64,000 nt of DNA from an uncultured Bacilli bacterium (GCA_947626095.1 CANQQV010000008.1:1-64000), one strand, 5' to 3'. Positions 18,948 through 28,849 are shown, counted from the first letter of the stretch. Notes: generated from the sequence alone by a model not told the origin. Numbers and translations: made by a program.

Positions 18948-20603
18948 TTATTCATCTTTTCTTATTGTGAAATAAGTATGATTATCCGCATAAATTACTC
19001 GGTCATCAGCAATTTGAGTAAATAATTTATTATCTTCGTTTTCTTCATCATTATTATATTTATACTTAAAGATTTCTTTATCTTTTAAATATACTTTAGT
19101 TTCTTGATTTTCACCATTCATTTTAAAGACAATATCGTCTAAGATTTTTTCTTCATAGTCTAGAGCTTTGTCTAATTTTTCACCAGTTTTTATATTGTAA
19201 TATAGATTACTATTTAAGAAATTAGTTGATAATGTACCATAAGATATCTTGAAAGTTGGTTCTTGATCATAATCATAGTCTTTAAAATTAATCTTATATA
19301 ATTCTTTAAAGTCTAAGTCATAGAATGTGTACTCTTTATTATCAGAATTATATAACCAAATTATATTATTGGAAAAATCGACTTCAATTTTATTTTCAGG
19401 TATAGTTTCATATTTACCAGTAGAATCGATTAAATAAGCTTCATTTTTATTATATTTAACTGCTTCTTCAGATTCATTAACATTAGTAACTAGTAAGTAT
19501 TTATCATTAAGATGATAAGAAGTAAAGGTATTATAGTTACCACAACATTCATGATATAAGTAACCATTATCTTCATTATCTTGAAAATCAAAGACAAAAT
19601 TAGTAACTAATTTATATTTATCATCCATTAAAGCTAATTTATCGTTTTTACCAACAATGTAATAACCGTCATTAACATCGATAAAGTCATAATTATAATC
19701 AACTATTTTTCTTAAACTTGAATCGATGATTCCAGCTTTATTATTTTTGATAGCAACAAAGTTATTATTGTTTTTATCACGATATAAAACATCATAAGAA
19801 GCATCAATTACTTTAGCGTTATCAACAACATTATATACACCATACTTACCTGCTTCGTTAATATAGATAGCATACTTATTATTTTGAAGATAAATTGGAT
19901 CAGTAACAGCTAATTGAGAATAATCTGATACTAAGGAAATATTTTTTAACTCATATTCTTTACCATTAAGTAAATATATATATTCTTTAAAATCATCTTC
20001 TTCATTTTCTCTTGTTGATATACCATCATAACCAAGGATAGTTTCTTTATTATCTATATCAAGATATATAGGTCTAAAATAAGTATTAGCTTGAGATAGT
20101 TTTTTTACTTCAGCTAAATCATTATTTTCTAAACGATATAGAGTTATTTCATTACCGTTTTCTATCTCCTCTTCCTTACAGAAATATAAATCTTTATTAG
20201 CATCGAGATAATAATCAGTAAAAGCTACTTCGTTTTCATAAATAGTATTTAAGTCTAAATCCATAACTTTTAATACGGAAGTATCATCATATAAAATAAC
20301 GTATTTATCTTCTAAGACTTTTAGACTATTGCCATCTTCTGTTTCATAGCTGATATATTTATAACCATTTTCGTCGTTAACGCTAACTTGGCCTTTATCA
20401 GCTTGTTCTTTATTTTTAATTTCCATATACCAAATGCAACTGACAGCGATTACTGAACAAATAATGACAACTAAAATAATACAAGCTTTAAATTCATCCC
20501 AAAAAGCACCTTTTTTGGCTTTCTTTTCATTTTCTAGTAATAAATCTTCAGGATTAACTATTTCTTCTTTGGTTTCTATTTCCTTTTTTTGACGTTTACT
20601 CAT
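18948..20603 (-). CDS. Membrane-anchored WG-repeat-like surface protein (paralog of 17437-18891)
   Basis: N-terminal TM; repeats KYGVYN...VIDASYD, KAGIIDSSLRKIVDYNYD, KLALMDDKYKLVTNF. Confidence 0.65.
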   Translation of the reverse strand: MSKRQKKEIETKEEIVNPEDLLLENEKKAKKGAFWDEFKACIILVVIICSVIAVSCIWYMEIKNKEQADKGQVSVNDENGYKYISYETEDGNSLKVLEDKYVILYDDTSVLKVMDLDLNTIYENEVAFTDYYLDANKDLYFCKEEEIENGNEITLYRLENNDLAEVKKLSQANTYFRPIYLDIDNKETILGYDGISTRENEEDDFKEYIYLLNGKEYELKNISLVSDYSQLAVTDPIYLQNNKYAIYINEAGKYGVYNVVDNAKVIDASYDVLYRDKNNNNFVAIKNNKAGIIDSSLRKIVDYNYDFIDVNDGYYIVGKNDKLALMDDKYKLVTNFVFDFQDNEDNGYLYHECCGNYNTFTSYHLNDKYLLVTNVNESEEAVKYNKNEAYLIDSTGKYETIPENKIEVDFSNNIIWLYNSDNKEYTFYDLDFKELYKINFKDYDYDQEPTFKISYGTLSTNFLNSNLYYNIKTGEKLDKALDYEEKILDDIVFKMNGENQETKVYLKDKEIFKYKYNNDEENEDNKLFTQIADDRVIYADNHTYFTIRKDE

Positions 20604-20662
20604 AACCAACACCTCGTATAATCTATAATGTTATTATATCATAAATAATAAAAAAAGAAGAT

Positions 20663-20902
20663 TTATTCTTCTATTTCAAAATCTTCTAAAACGCCATTTT
20701 CTTTTAAAATCAAATTAACTTTTTCAGTAGCAGCATTTAATTTATCACTAGCATATTTAGCAAGTTTCATTGCTTCACTATATTTAGCAATTGCTTGGTC
20801 TAAATCGACATTACCTGCTTCTAACTCTTTAACTATACTTTCTAATTCAGTTAAATTTTCTTCAAATGTTTTTTCGTTTTTTTCTTCAACTGTCTTGGCC
20901 AT
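20663..20902 (-). CDS. xseB: Exodeoxyribonuclease VII small subunit
   Basis: TFEENLTELESIVKELEAGNVDLDQAI..YSEAMKL; follows xseA. Confidence 0.95.
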   Translation of the reverse strand: MAKTVEEKNEKTFEENLTELESIVKELEAGNVDLDQAIAKYSEAMKLAKYASDKLNAATEKVNLILKENGVLEDFEIEE

Positions 20903-22232
20903 TTTTATCTATCTCCTTTACTATCGCCTTTACATTACCTTTATGCATTCTAATATCTAAGACATCGTTAACTTTTAAAGTATTTATATCTTTAATAGTT
21001 ACGCCATCAACCGTAACTAAACTGTAACCTTTACTTAAAATATTTAAAGGATTTAATAAATCTAATTTATTGATTAATAGTTCAAATTGATGTTTATCTG
21101 TAGAAATCTTATTAATAATTGTTTGATTAAGAATTTTTTGGTAATTACCTATTTTTTCTCTTTTGATATCGTATGATGCTAAAGGATTTTTTAAAACATA
21201 AGCTTTTTTAATATTATCTATTCTAATTTTATATTCATTTATTATATTGATGATACGTTTATTTAATTGATCGATATAATGATCTAGTTTTTGTTCTTTA
21301 ACTTCATATAAAGCCATTGGATTTTTAAGAATATAAGAATTCTTTATATTATCTAATCGTTTGTTGTTAAAGTTAATAATACCTTTAATAACTTCATTAA
21401 GTCTGATTGTATATTGAACAATTAATGTTTTTAAATCAACTAAGTTAGGAACAGCCATTTCGGCAGCACCGGTTGGAGTTGGAGCGCGTAAATCAGCGAC
21501 AAAGTCAGCAATCGTAAAATCTATTTCGTGACCTACGGCACTAATAATAGGAATTTTAGAATCGTAAATAGCATGAGCGACACATTCTTCGTTAAAAGCC
21601 CATAAATCTTCAATTGATCCACCACCACGACCACAGATAATAACATCTAAGTCAAAGTCTTGGGCACGATTAATTTGTTCAACAATGCTCTCTTTAGCCC
21701 CTACTCCTTGAACTAAAGCAGGAAATAAAATTGTTTCACATAGCGGGTAACGACGTTTAATGGTACTAAGAATATCTCTTATAGCAGCACCAGTTGGAGC
21801 CGTTATAATACCAATCTTTTTAGGAAACTTAGGAATTGGCTTTTTATGTTCAGGACTAAATAGACCTTGAGCTTCTAACTTTTTCTTTAGTTTTTCGTAT
21901 TCTAAATATAAGTTACCTATACCATCTAAGTCCATTTGTTCAACGTATATTTGGTAACCACCAGTAGCTTCATAAACAGTAACACGACCACAAACTAAGA
22001 CTTTCATTCCGTCTTCTGGTTCAAAGGTCATTTTACTGGCAGAAGAAGCAAACATGACAGCGGCAATACGGCTATTTTCATCTTTTAAAGTAAAATATAA
22101 ATGACCACGTGAATGATGCTTAAAGTTACTTATCTCACCTTTAATATATACCCTATTAAGCTCAGGTTTACTATCAAACATGTTTTTTATGGCTCTATTT
22201 AAGGCCGTAATAGAATAATACTTTATATCCAT
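20886..22232 (-). CDS. xseA: Exodeoxyribonuclease VII large subunit
   Basis: GEISNF..HSRGHLYFTLKD, GRGGGSIEDLWAFNEE, AVGHEIDFTIADFVADLRAPTPT. Confidence 0.97.
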   Translation of the reverse strand: MDIKYYSITALNRAIKNMFDSKPELNRVYIKGEISNFKHHSRGHLYFTLKDENSRIAAVMFASSASKMTFEPEDGMKVLVCGRVTVYEATGGYQIYVEQMDLDGIGNLYLEYEKLKKKLEAQGLFSPEHKKPIPKFPKKIGIITAPTGAAIRDILSTIKRRYPLCETILFPALVQGVGAKESIVEQINRAQDFDLDVIICGRGGGSIEDLWAFNEECVAHAIYDSKIPIISAVGHEIDFTIADFVADLRAPTPTGAAEMAVPNLVDLKTLIVQYTIRLNEVIKGIINFNNKRLDNIKNSYILKNPMALYEVKEQKLDHYIDQLNKRIINIINEYKIRIDNIKKAYVLKNPLASYDIKREKIGNYQKILNQTIINKISTDKHQFELLINKLDLLNPLNILSKGYSLVTVDGVTIKDINTLKVNDVLDIRMHKGNVKAIVKEIDKNGQDS

Positions 22233-22265
22233 AACATCACCATTAAGTAATATTATACCATTTCT

Positions 22266-23177
22266 TTATTGAGTTTTGAATTTCTTTTCTAATTTCTTTT
22301 TGATATATAAGGTACTACGGTATAAGCCATTGGTAGCAAAACCTTCAAGGATTTGAAGAGCTTCTTCTTTTTTGTTATGTTCTTTTAAGAAATCAATAAT
22401 ACCAATTCTAATACTATCAATATTATTAAAACTAATGTGATGATTAATAAAATAATCTAAGATACATTTAGGTAATATTGTAATATAGTTTAATTGTTTT
22501 TCACGATCAATTAAAACAGTTCCGTCTTCACTAATAAAGATATAATCACGATAATTACGATAAACTTTTAATAAATCTAAATAGTTACCATTGACAATAT
22601 TTTCGACTTTACGTGGATTTTCAGCAATTTGCATTCTAATCGTGCCAATATAAGATAAACTGCATAATTTAGTAAGAACTTCTTTTTTAGTTGTAACTTC
22701 ATCACAAAATAAAGTAGCAATTAAAAAGGCTGCTTCACGATTTAAATTAATTGCTTCATCTAATTCATTAGTTGATTTTATTGGTAAAATAGGTTTTTGA
22801 AAACGACCAGCCATAAAGAAAGTTGACCAAGTATTTAGTTCATCGATAAAATCATCAACTTCTTTAACACCATATTTAAACATACTACCATTTTCTTTAA
22901 TATGGCTTAGATATGTTACTTTGTTATAACCTTTTAATCTTTTAGCAGGAGCAAATCTGATGTATAGTTTACCAGTTAAAGGATAGTCTTTTCTATTCAT
23001 CTTCATATTTTCTAAATGCCATTTTTTCATATCTTTAACAACAAATAACATGTCTATTTGAGGAGTATCAGATGGTAAATATGAATCTTGTTTAAAAACA
23101 CCAGAGCCATAACAGAAGACTCCTAGAGCTTCTGGTCGATTACTGGCAAAAGCTTTAGTTTTTTCAATTAAATCCAT
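22266..23177 (-). CDS. Tam41/Mmp37-family phosphatidate cytidylyltransferase (CDP-DAG synthase) homolog
   Basis: YGSGVFKQ...IDMLFVV, WH..N...N..DY, KYGV, L..W..FFMAGRFQKP, LSY.G..RM..AENP.KV.NIV are Tam41 hallmark blocks. Confidence 0.85.
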   Translation of the reverse strand: MDLIEKTKAFASNRPEALGVFCYGSGVFKQDSYLPSDTPQIDMLFVVKDMKKWHLENMKMNRKDYPLTGKLYIRFAPAKRLKGYNKVTYLSHIKENGSMFKYGVKEVDDFIDELNTWSTFFMAGRFQKPILPIKSTNELDEAINLNREAAFLIATLFCDEVTTKKEVLTKLCSLSYIGTIRMQIAENPRKVENIVNGNYLDLLKVYRNYRDYIFISEDGTVLIDREKQLNYITILPKCILDYFINHHISFNNIDSIRIGIIDFLKEHNKKEEALQILEGFATNGLYRSTLYIKKKLEKKFKTQ

Positions 23178-23271
23178 CTAATCACCCTCTTTTTTTCACA
23201 AATAAGGTTTTATTATAGCACAAATTCAGTAAATTAATAAATTAAATTAAAAAGAAGCTATTTTTTAGCTT

Positions 23272-25818
23272 CTATTTAAGATTTTTTAATCTATCTAAAA
23301 CAAGTTGTAATCTTTCTTCTTCACGAGCAAGATTTTCTTTTTCTTGATTAACGATATTAGCTGGAGCTTTAGCAACGTAATTTTCGTTAGCAAGTAATTT
23401 TTTTCTTCGATTGATAGAATTTTCTAAACTTTCTTGTTCTTTAGTTAAATTATCTAGTTCTTCGCCCTTTTGTTTAGAATCGTCAAAGCAAATAGTTGCT
23501 TTATATTGATCTAACGATACTTCTAAACGACCAGTTAATTTACTATCTTTAACTATTTTATCAGTTAATTTTAACATTTTTAAGATTAATTCATTATCAA
23601 TATCAGTTATTACTTCAAAATCACTACTTATGTTATTTTCAGCTTTTTTATTTCTAAAATAAGATATATATTCAATTACTACGTCGATTTCTTTTTTTAC
23701 TTTAGTAAATACTTTAGTCTTATCATATTTTGGATATTCACTAATCATAATTGATTCGCTATCTTTAAATGGTAACATACTATATATTTCTTCAGTAACA
23801 AATGGCATAAATGGATGCATTATTTTAAGAATACCAGTTAAAACAGTATATAAAACACTCTTAGTTGTTTGACTATCTAAGTTGAATTTAGCAAATTCAA
23901 TGTAATTACTACAGAAGTCTTCCCAAATGAAGTTGTAGTTTTCAGCACCAACTAAGTTAAGTTCGTATTTATCCATATGTTTGATAGTTCTTTTTAAATT
24001 TTCTTCATATTTAGTTAAAATCCATTTATCGGCATCAGTTAAATTAGTAAAAGTTAATTCTTTTAAATCTTCAATATTAAGTAAAACGAATCTTGAAGCA
24101 TTCCATAGTTTATTAATGAAATTCCAAGTACTAGCTACTTTATCTTGGTCAAATCTTAAGTCAGTACCCATAGCAACATCAGTTGCAAGATAGTATCTTA
24201 AAGCATCAGCACCATATTCATCGATTAAATCCATTGGGTCAACACCATTACCTAAAGATTTAGACATTTTACGACCATCTTTAGCACGAATAAGACCATG
24301 AATAATACAATCTTTAAATGGTCTTACACCAGTAACATGTTCAGCTTGGAAAACCATTCTCGCTACCCAGAAGAAGATAATATCATAAGCGGTAACTAAA
24401 ACATCGTTAGGATAGTATCTTGCCATATCTTCAGTTTTTTCTGGCCAACCTAAAGTACTAAATGGCCATAAAGCACTACTAAACCAAGTATCTAGAACAT
24501 CTTCATCTTGAACCCAACCATTACCTTCTGGAGCTTCCATTCCAACATATATTTCATCATCACGATACCAAGCTGGAATACGATGGCCCCACCATAATTG
24601 ACGAGATATACACCAGTCATAAGATATTTCCATCCAGTGATTTAAGATTTTTTCAAAACGTGGAGGAACAAAATTAACTTTTTCATTCTTTTTCTTTTGA
24701 GTTTCTAAAACGTGTTTAGCTAAATCACCCATTTTAACAAACCATTGTTTTGATAGATATGGTTCAACCATAACACCAGTTCTTTCACTATGGCCGACTG
24801 AGTGAGTCATTTTTTCAATACTAATTAATAATCCTTCTTTTTCTAGGTCTTTTAATAATTCTTCACGGCACATTTCACGGCTCATACCTTGATATTTACC
24901 AGCATTAGAGTTCATTGTACCATCAGGATTCATAACAATTATACGTTCTAGATTATGACGATTACCGACTTCAAAGTCGTTAGGATCATGAGCTGGAGTT
25001 ATTTTAACAACACCAGTACCAAATTCAGGATCAGCATGTTCATCAGTAATAACAGGTATTGGTTTACCAACAATTGGTAAAATAACATTTTTACCAACAT
25101 ACTTTTTATATCTTTCATCACTTTCATTAACAGCAACAGCAGTATCACCAAATAAAGTTTCAGGACGAGTTGTAGCAACATCTAAGTATTCATCAGTACC
25201 TTCAATATAATATTTTAAATGGTAGAAAGCACCAGGAACATCTTTATAAATTACTTCTTCGTTAGATAAAGCAGTTTGGGCTTCTGGATCCCAGTTAATT
25301 ATTTTCTCACCACGATAGATAATACCTTCATTATAGTAATCAACGAAAACTTTAGTAACAGCTTTATTTAAACCTTCATCTAAAGTAAAACGTTCCTTAT
25401 TATAATCAACAGAGATACCTACTTTAGCCCATTGGTCTCTAATACTTCCACCATATTCATGAGTCCAATCCCAACAAGCTTCTAGGAATTTTTCACGGCC
25501 ATATTCGTATTTATCAATACCTTGTTCTTTTAATTTTTTAACTACTTTAGCTTCAGTAGCTATAGCGGCATGGTCCATACCTGGTAACCATAAGCAGTCA
25601 AAGCCTTGCATTCTTTTATAACGAATAATAATATCTTGGATGGAAACGTCTAGAGCGTGACCTAAATGTAATTTACCAGTAACATTTGGTGGCGGAATAA
25701 CAATACAAAATGGATCTTTGCTTTTATCTCCACAATTAAAGTAACCTTTATTTTTCCAATTTTCATATTTATTTTTTTCAATTTTTTTATGATCATATTT
25801 AGTTTCTATTTCTTTCAT
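23272..25818 (-). CDS. valS: Valine--tRNA ligase
   Basis: PPPNVTGKLHLGH, ATTRPET, DWCISRQLWWGHRIP, DVLDTWFSS, KMSKS, C-terminal coiled coil. Confidence 0.98.
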   Translation of the reverse strand: MKEIETKYDHKKIEKNKYENWKNKGYFNCGDKSKDPFCIVIPPPNVTGKLHLGHALDVSIQDIIIRYKRMQGFDCLWLPGMDHAAIATEAKVVKKLKEQGIDKYEYGREKFLEACWDWTHEYGGSIRDQWAKVGISVDYNKERFTLDEGLNKAVTKVFVDYYNEGIIYRGEKIINWDPEAQTALSNEEVIYKDVPGAFYHLKYYIEGTDEYLDVATTRPETLFGDTAVAVNESDERYKKYVGKNVILPIVGKPIPVITDEHADPEFGTGVVKITPAHDPNDFEVGNRHNLERIIVMNPDGTMNSNAGKYQGMSREMCREELLKDLEKEGLLISIEKMTHSVGHSERTGVMVEPYLSKQWFVKMGDLAKHVLETQKKKNEKVNFVPPRFEKILNHWMEISYDWCISRQLWWGHRIPAWYRDDEIYVGMEAPEGNGWVQDEDVLDTWFSSALWPFSTLGWPEKTEDMARYYPNDVLVTAYDIIFFWVARMVFQAEHVTGVRPFKDCIIHGLIRAKDGRKMSKSLGNGVDPMDLIDEYGADALRYYLATDVAMGTDLRFDQDKVASTWNFINKLWNASRFVLLNIEDLKELTFTNLTDADKWILTKYEENLKRTIKHMDKYELNLVGAENYNFIWEDFCSNYIEFAKFNLDSQTTKSVLYTVLTGILKIMHPFMPFVTEEIYSMLPFKDSESIMISEYPKYDKTKVFTKVKKEIDVVIEYISYFRNKKAENNISSDFEVITDIDNELILKMLKLTDKIVKDSKLTGRLEVSLDQYKATICFDDSKQKGEELDNLTKEQESLENSINRRKKLLANENYVAKAPANIVNQEKENLAREEERLQLVLDRLKNLK

Positions 25819-26536
25819 ATTCTTCAATCCTCTCATTTAAATAATTTAATACTATTTTATGGATATCATCAAAAAGATGATTTTGATTAACGATTTCGTT
25901 ATAAACAAGATAATTCTTTTTGTACTCCGCTAGACAAATGTCATTGTATATTTCAAAAGCAAAAGCATACTGTGTACAAAGACGATCGTTAACATTACGA
26001 CAAAATAATCTATTTACTAGTTGATGTTTTTCGATGGCATCTATGACTTCTTTAGACATTTCTTCATCACTACTTTCGAAGTGCCATTCGTCAGGGATAC
26101 TATACATAAACATAATATCTAGTTTATCAACATCTTTAATCAATTTAACATGTTTTAAAGTTCGTTCATCAGTTGTTTCGGGTAACTCAAATTTATTGTG
26201 ATATTTAATAGCTGTTTTAATAATTGGATACCACTCTTCTTGGTTACAAAACGATTTAATCTTGCCTTTAGTAAATAATTCTTCGACACTTAAATCAGCA
26301 TGATCGACTGTATCTTTATCAGAAAAGCTATCGTAGACTCGAGCTTGTTTGAAACGACCGATATCGTGTAATAAACCGATGATGGTAGCTAGCTTGATAT
26401 CTTCAGCATTAAAGTTTAATAATTTAGCATATTTACTAGCTAGTTTCATCACTCGCATCGAATGATTATATTTTAATTTGATTTTAGGATTAGTTAAGTC
26501 ATAATTACTAACATATTGTTTAAATTCATCAAGCAT
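25799..26536 (-). CDS. HD-domain phosphohydrolase
   Basis: H(SMRV)...LLHDIGRF...DHA...HN...DVDKLD; first gene behind the Val T-box, overlaps valS. Confidence 0.85.
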   Translation of the reverse strand: MLDEFKQYVSNYDLTNPKIKLKYNHSMRVMKLASKYAKLLNFNAEDIKLATIIGLLHDIGRFKQARVYDSFSDKDTVDHADLSVEELFTKGKIKSFCNQEEWYPIIKTAIKYHNKFELPETTDERTLKHVKLIKDVDKLDIMFMYSIPDEWHFESSDEEMSKEVIDAIEKHQLVNRLFCRNVNDRLCTQYAFAFEIYNDICLAEYKKNYLVYNEIVNQNHLFDDIHKIVLNYLNERIEEYERNRN

Positions 26537-26550
26537 GTTATCACCCTTTT

Positions 26551-26752
26551 TAAAAAATAAAAAATAGTTATAACTTAAGGACGAGTAAAACCCGCGGTAC
26601 CACCTTAATTTATAACTATTGTTATACCCTTATAATATTTAACGCATATTAACGATTTACTCCCAAGCAACCTTCTTCTATTTTCCATATTCTTTTCCAC
26701 CAACCAAGAACTCTCTTTAACTTCTAAATAGAATACTCCTCTTGTTCAACGT
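26551..26752 (-). promoter_or_regulatory. T-box riboswitch (Val specifier GUU)
   Basis: Minus strand: stem I with AGTA, AGAGAG, GGTGGAA and GAAG-GTT-G specifier (26669-26671); T-box AAGG-TGGTACC-GCG at 26593-26606. Confidence 0.88.
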
Positions 26753-26857
26753 ACTTAAAAGTATTATAAAGCATTAGAAATTTAAAAGCAATAAAATTTT
26801 ATTGAGTAAAAATAGTAAATACGTTATAATTATATAAGAATAAAGAGGATTGGTATT

Positions 26858-28849
26858 ATGGCATTACATGAGTTTAATTATGAAAAGGAAGCTACCGTAA
26901 GTATTGTAAAAAGTATTCTAACTGATGCGATTAAGATGAAAGCATCTGATATTCATTTTGACCCTGAACCAAACAAGTTAGTTATTAGATTTAGAATTAA
27001 TGGTGACTTAGTTGAATATACAACGGCTCCAGAAAATGTTAAAACGAATATTTTAACAAGAATTAAAATTCTTTCAGGAATGAATATTACCGAAGCAATA
27101 ATTCCCCAAATTGGAGCGATTAATTTTGAATTAAGTAGTAGAACCCATAATATGCGTACAGCAACAATCCCAGTCGTTGATGGAGAAAAGATTGTCGTTC
27201 ACCTATCTAATTATGCAAGAAACTTAAAGAGCTTAGATAGTCTAGGTTTTGAAAAAGAAAATATCGATAAAATTATGACAATGTTAAATGATTCTGATGG
27301 AATTATTTTAATTACAGGAACAAATTCATCTGGTAAAACTACTTCAATGTATGCCATATTGCAAGAGTTAAGTAAAAAACCAGTTAATATTATATCAGTA
27401 GAAAATCCTATTAAAATGAAATTACCTAAAGTTAATCAAGTCCAGATTAATAACGAACGTGGAATTACATATAATAGTATTTTAAAATCAATTTTACTTT
27501 CAGATCCTGATGTTATTGCGATTAATGAATTAATTGATGATGAAACAGTTCGTACAGCTTTACGTTCTTCTATTTCAGGACATTTAGTTATATCAACAAT
27601 GCATACTAAAACAGCTTTTACAACAATAAAGTCTTTACTAAATATGGATGTTGAAAACTATTTATTAGGATCTAATTTAGATGGAATTATTTCCCAACGA
27701 TTAGTAAAAAAATTATGCCCTACTTGTCGTGAAAAGAAACAAGCTAGTGAATATGAAAAGAAAATTATCAAAGAAGTATTAGGTGAAGAGGTTGAAGAAA
27801 TATATGTACCTAAAGGTTGCGAAGAATGCCAAGATGGATATATTGATCAATTACCAGTTGTTGAAGTAGTTAATATAAGTGATGAGTTACGTCAAGCTAT
27901 TTCTAATCATCGTAATGAAGATTTAATATACAATATTATTTATAGTGAAAATGAATCGATTGTTAAAGATGCTTTTAAAAAGGTTGTAAATGGTGATACT
28001 TCTTTTGAAGAAGCCGTTAAAGCAATTGATGTAAAGACTGATTTAGGTTGTGATGATAAAAAAATAAAAGATTTACTACTAGGTAAAGAAGTAGATGACG
28101 ATGATACTCAGATTAACGATGAGCATAAAGAAGATGAAGAAAAAGTTGATAAAAAAGAAAAAGTTGATAAAGAAGAAAAAGTTAATAAAGAGAAAAAAGA
28201 TATAGTTACTAAAGAGAAAACTGAAGAAGGTTCAGACAAAGAAAAAAAAGACAAGGAAACTAATGATAATAAAAACGATATAAATGATAAAGAAAAAGAT
28301 AAAGATAATAAGAAGGAAGAAAAGAAAGATGATAGTGAAAAAATTCAAGAAGAACCTGTAATTGACAATAAAGAAGAAAAACATGATGAACAACAAGATA
28401 AACCACAAGAAGAAAAGAAAGAACAACAAGAAAAAAATATTGAAAATAAAGAGGAAATAAAACAAGAAAAAGATAATGCTATAGATCAAGAAAAGAAAGA
28501 AGAAACAGCCAAGGAAAAAGATCTTATAAATGATAATGAATTACTTCAACAAGCATTAAAACTAATTGAAAAACAATTATTAGCTAAAAAAGAAGAAACT
28601 AAAGAAAAGACAGTCACGGAAAGTGAACCTACGCCAATTACTGTTAAAAATGAAGAACAAAAAGTTGAAGAAGTTAAAGTCGAAGAACCTAAGGATGAAG
28701 GCATAAAAGTTGAAGATATTAAAGTTGAAGAAATCGCCCCTACTCCTGCTCCTGAACCAACACCAATTGTTATTCAAAAAGACGATGATGATAATGATGA
28801 TGACGATGACTCATTTAGTTATGATAATTCGTATGTTAATAATTTTTAA
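26858..28849 (+). CDS. GspE/PilB-family ATPase with degenerate motifs and a long acidic low-complexity C-terminal tail
   Basis: ASDIHFDP, RFRINGDL, GEKIV, Walker A GTNSSGKTT, DPDVI, GHLVISTMHT, QRLVKKLCPTC...GCEEC. Confidence 0.85.
   Translation: MALHEFNYEKEATVSIVKSILTDAIKMKASDIHFDPEPNKLVIRFRINGDLVEYTTAPENVKTNILTRIKILSGMNITEAIIPQIGAINFELSSRTHNMRTATIPVVDGEKIVVHLSNYARNLKSLDSLGFEKENIDKIMTMLNDSDGIILITGTNSSGKTTSMYAILQELSKKPVNIISVENPIKMKLPKVNQVQINNERGITYNSILKSILLSDPDVIAINELIDDETVRTALRSSISGHLVISTMHTKTAFTTIKSLLNMDVENYLLGSNLDGIISQRLVKKLCPTCREKKQASEYEKKIIKEVLGEEVEEIYVPKGCEECQDGYIDQLPVVEVVNISDELRQAISNHRNEDLIYNIIYSENESIVKDAFKKVVNGDTSFEEAVKAIDVKTDLGCDDKKIKDLLLGKEVDDDDTQINDEHKEDEEKVDKKEKVDKEEKVNKEKKDIVTKEKTEEGSDKEKKDKETNDNKNDINDKEKDKDNKKEEKKDDSEKIQEEPVIDNKEEKHDEQQDKPQEEKKEQQEKNIENKEEIKQEKDNAIDQEKKEETAKEKDLINDNELLQQALKLIEKQLLAKKEETKEKTVTESEPTPITVKNEEQKVEEVKVEEPKDEGIKVEDIKVEEIAPTPAPEPTPIVIQKDDDDNDDDDDSFSYDNSYVNNF
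28136..28189 (+). repeat. 18-bp tandem repeat x3 (E/K-E-K-V-D/N-K) in the ATPase tail
   Basis: gaagaaaaagttgataaa / aaagaaaaagttgataaa / gaagaaaaagttaataaa. Confidence 0.8.
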
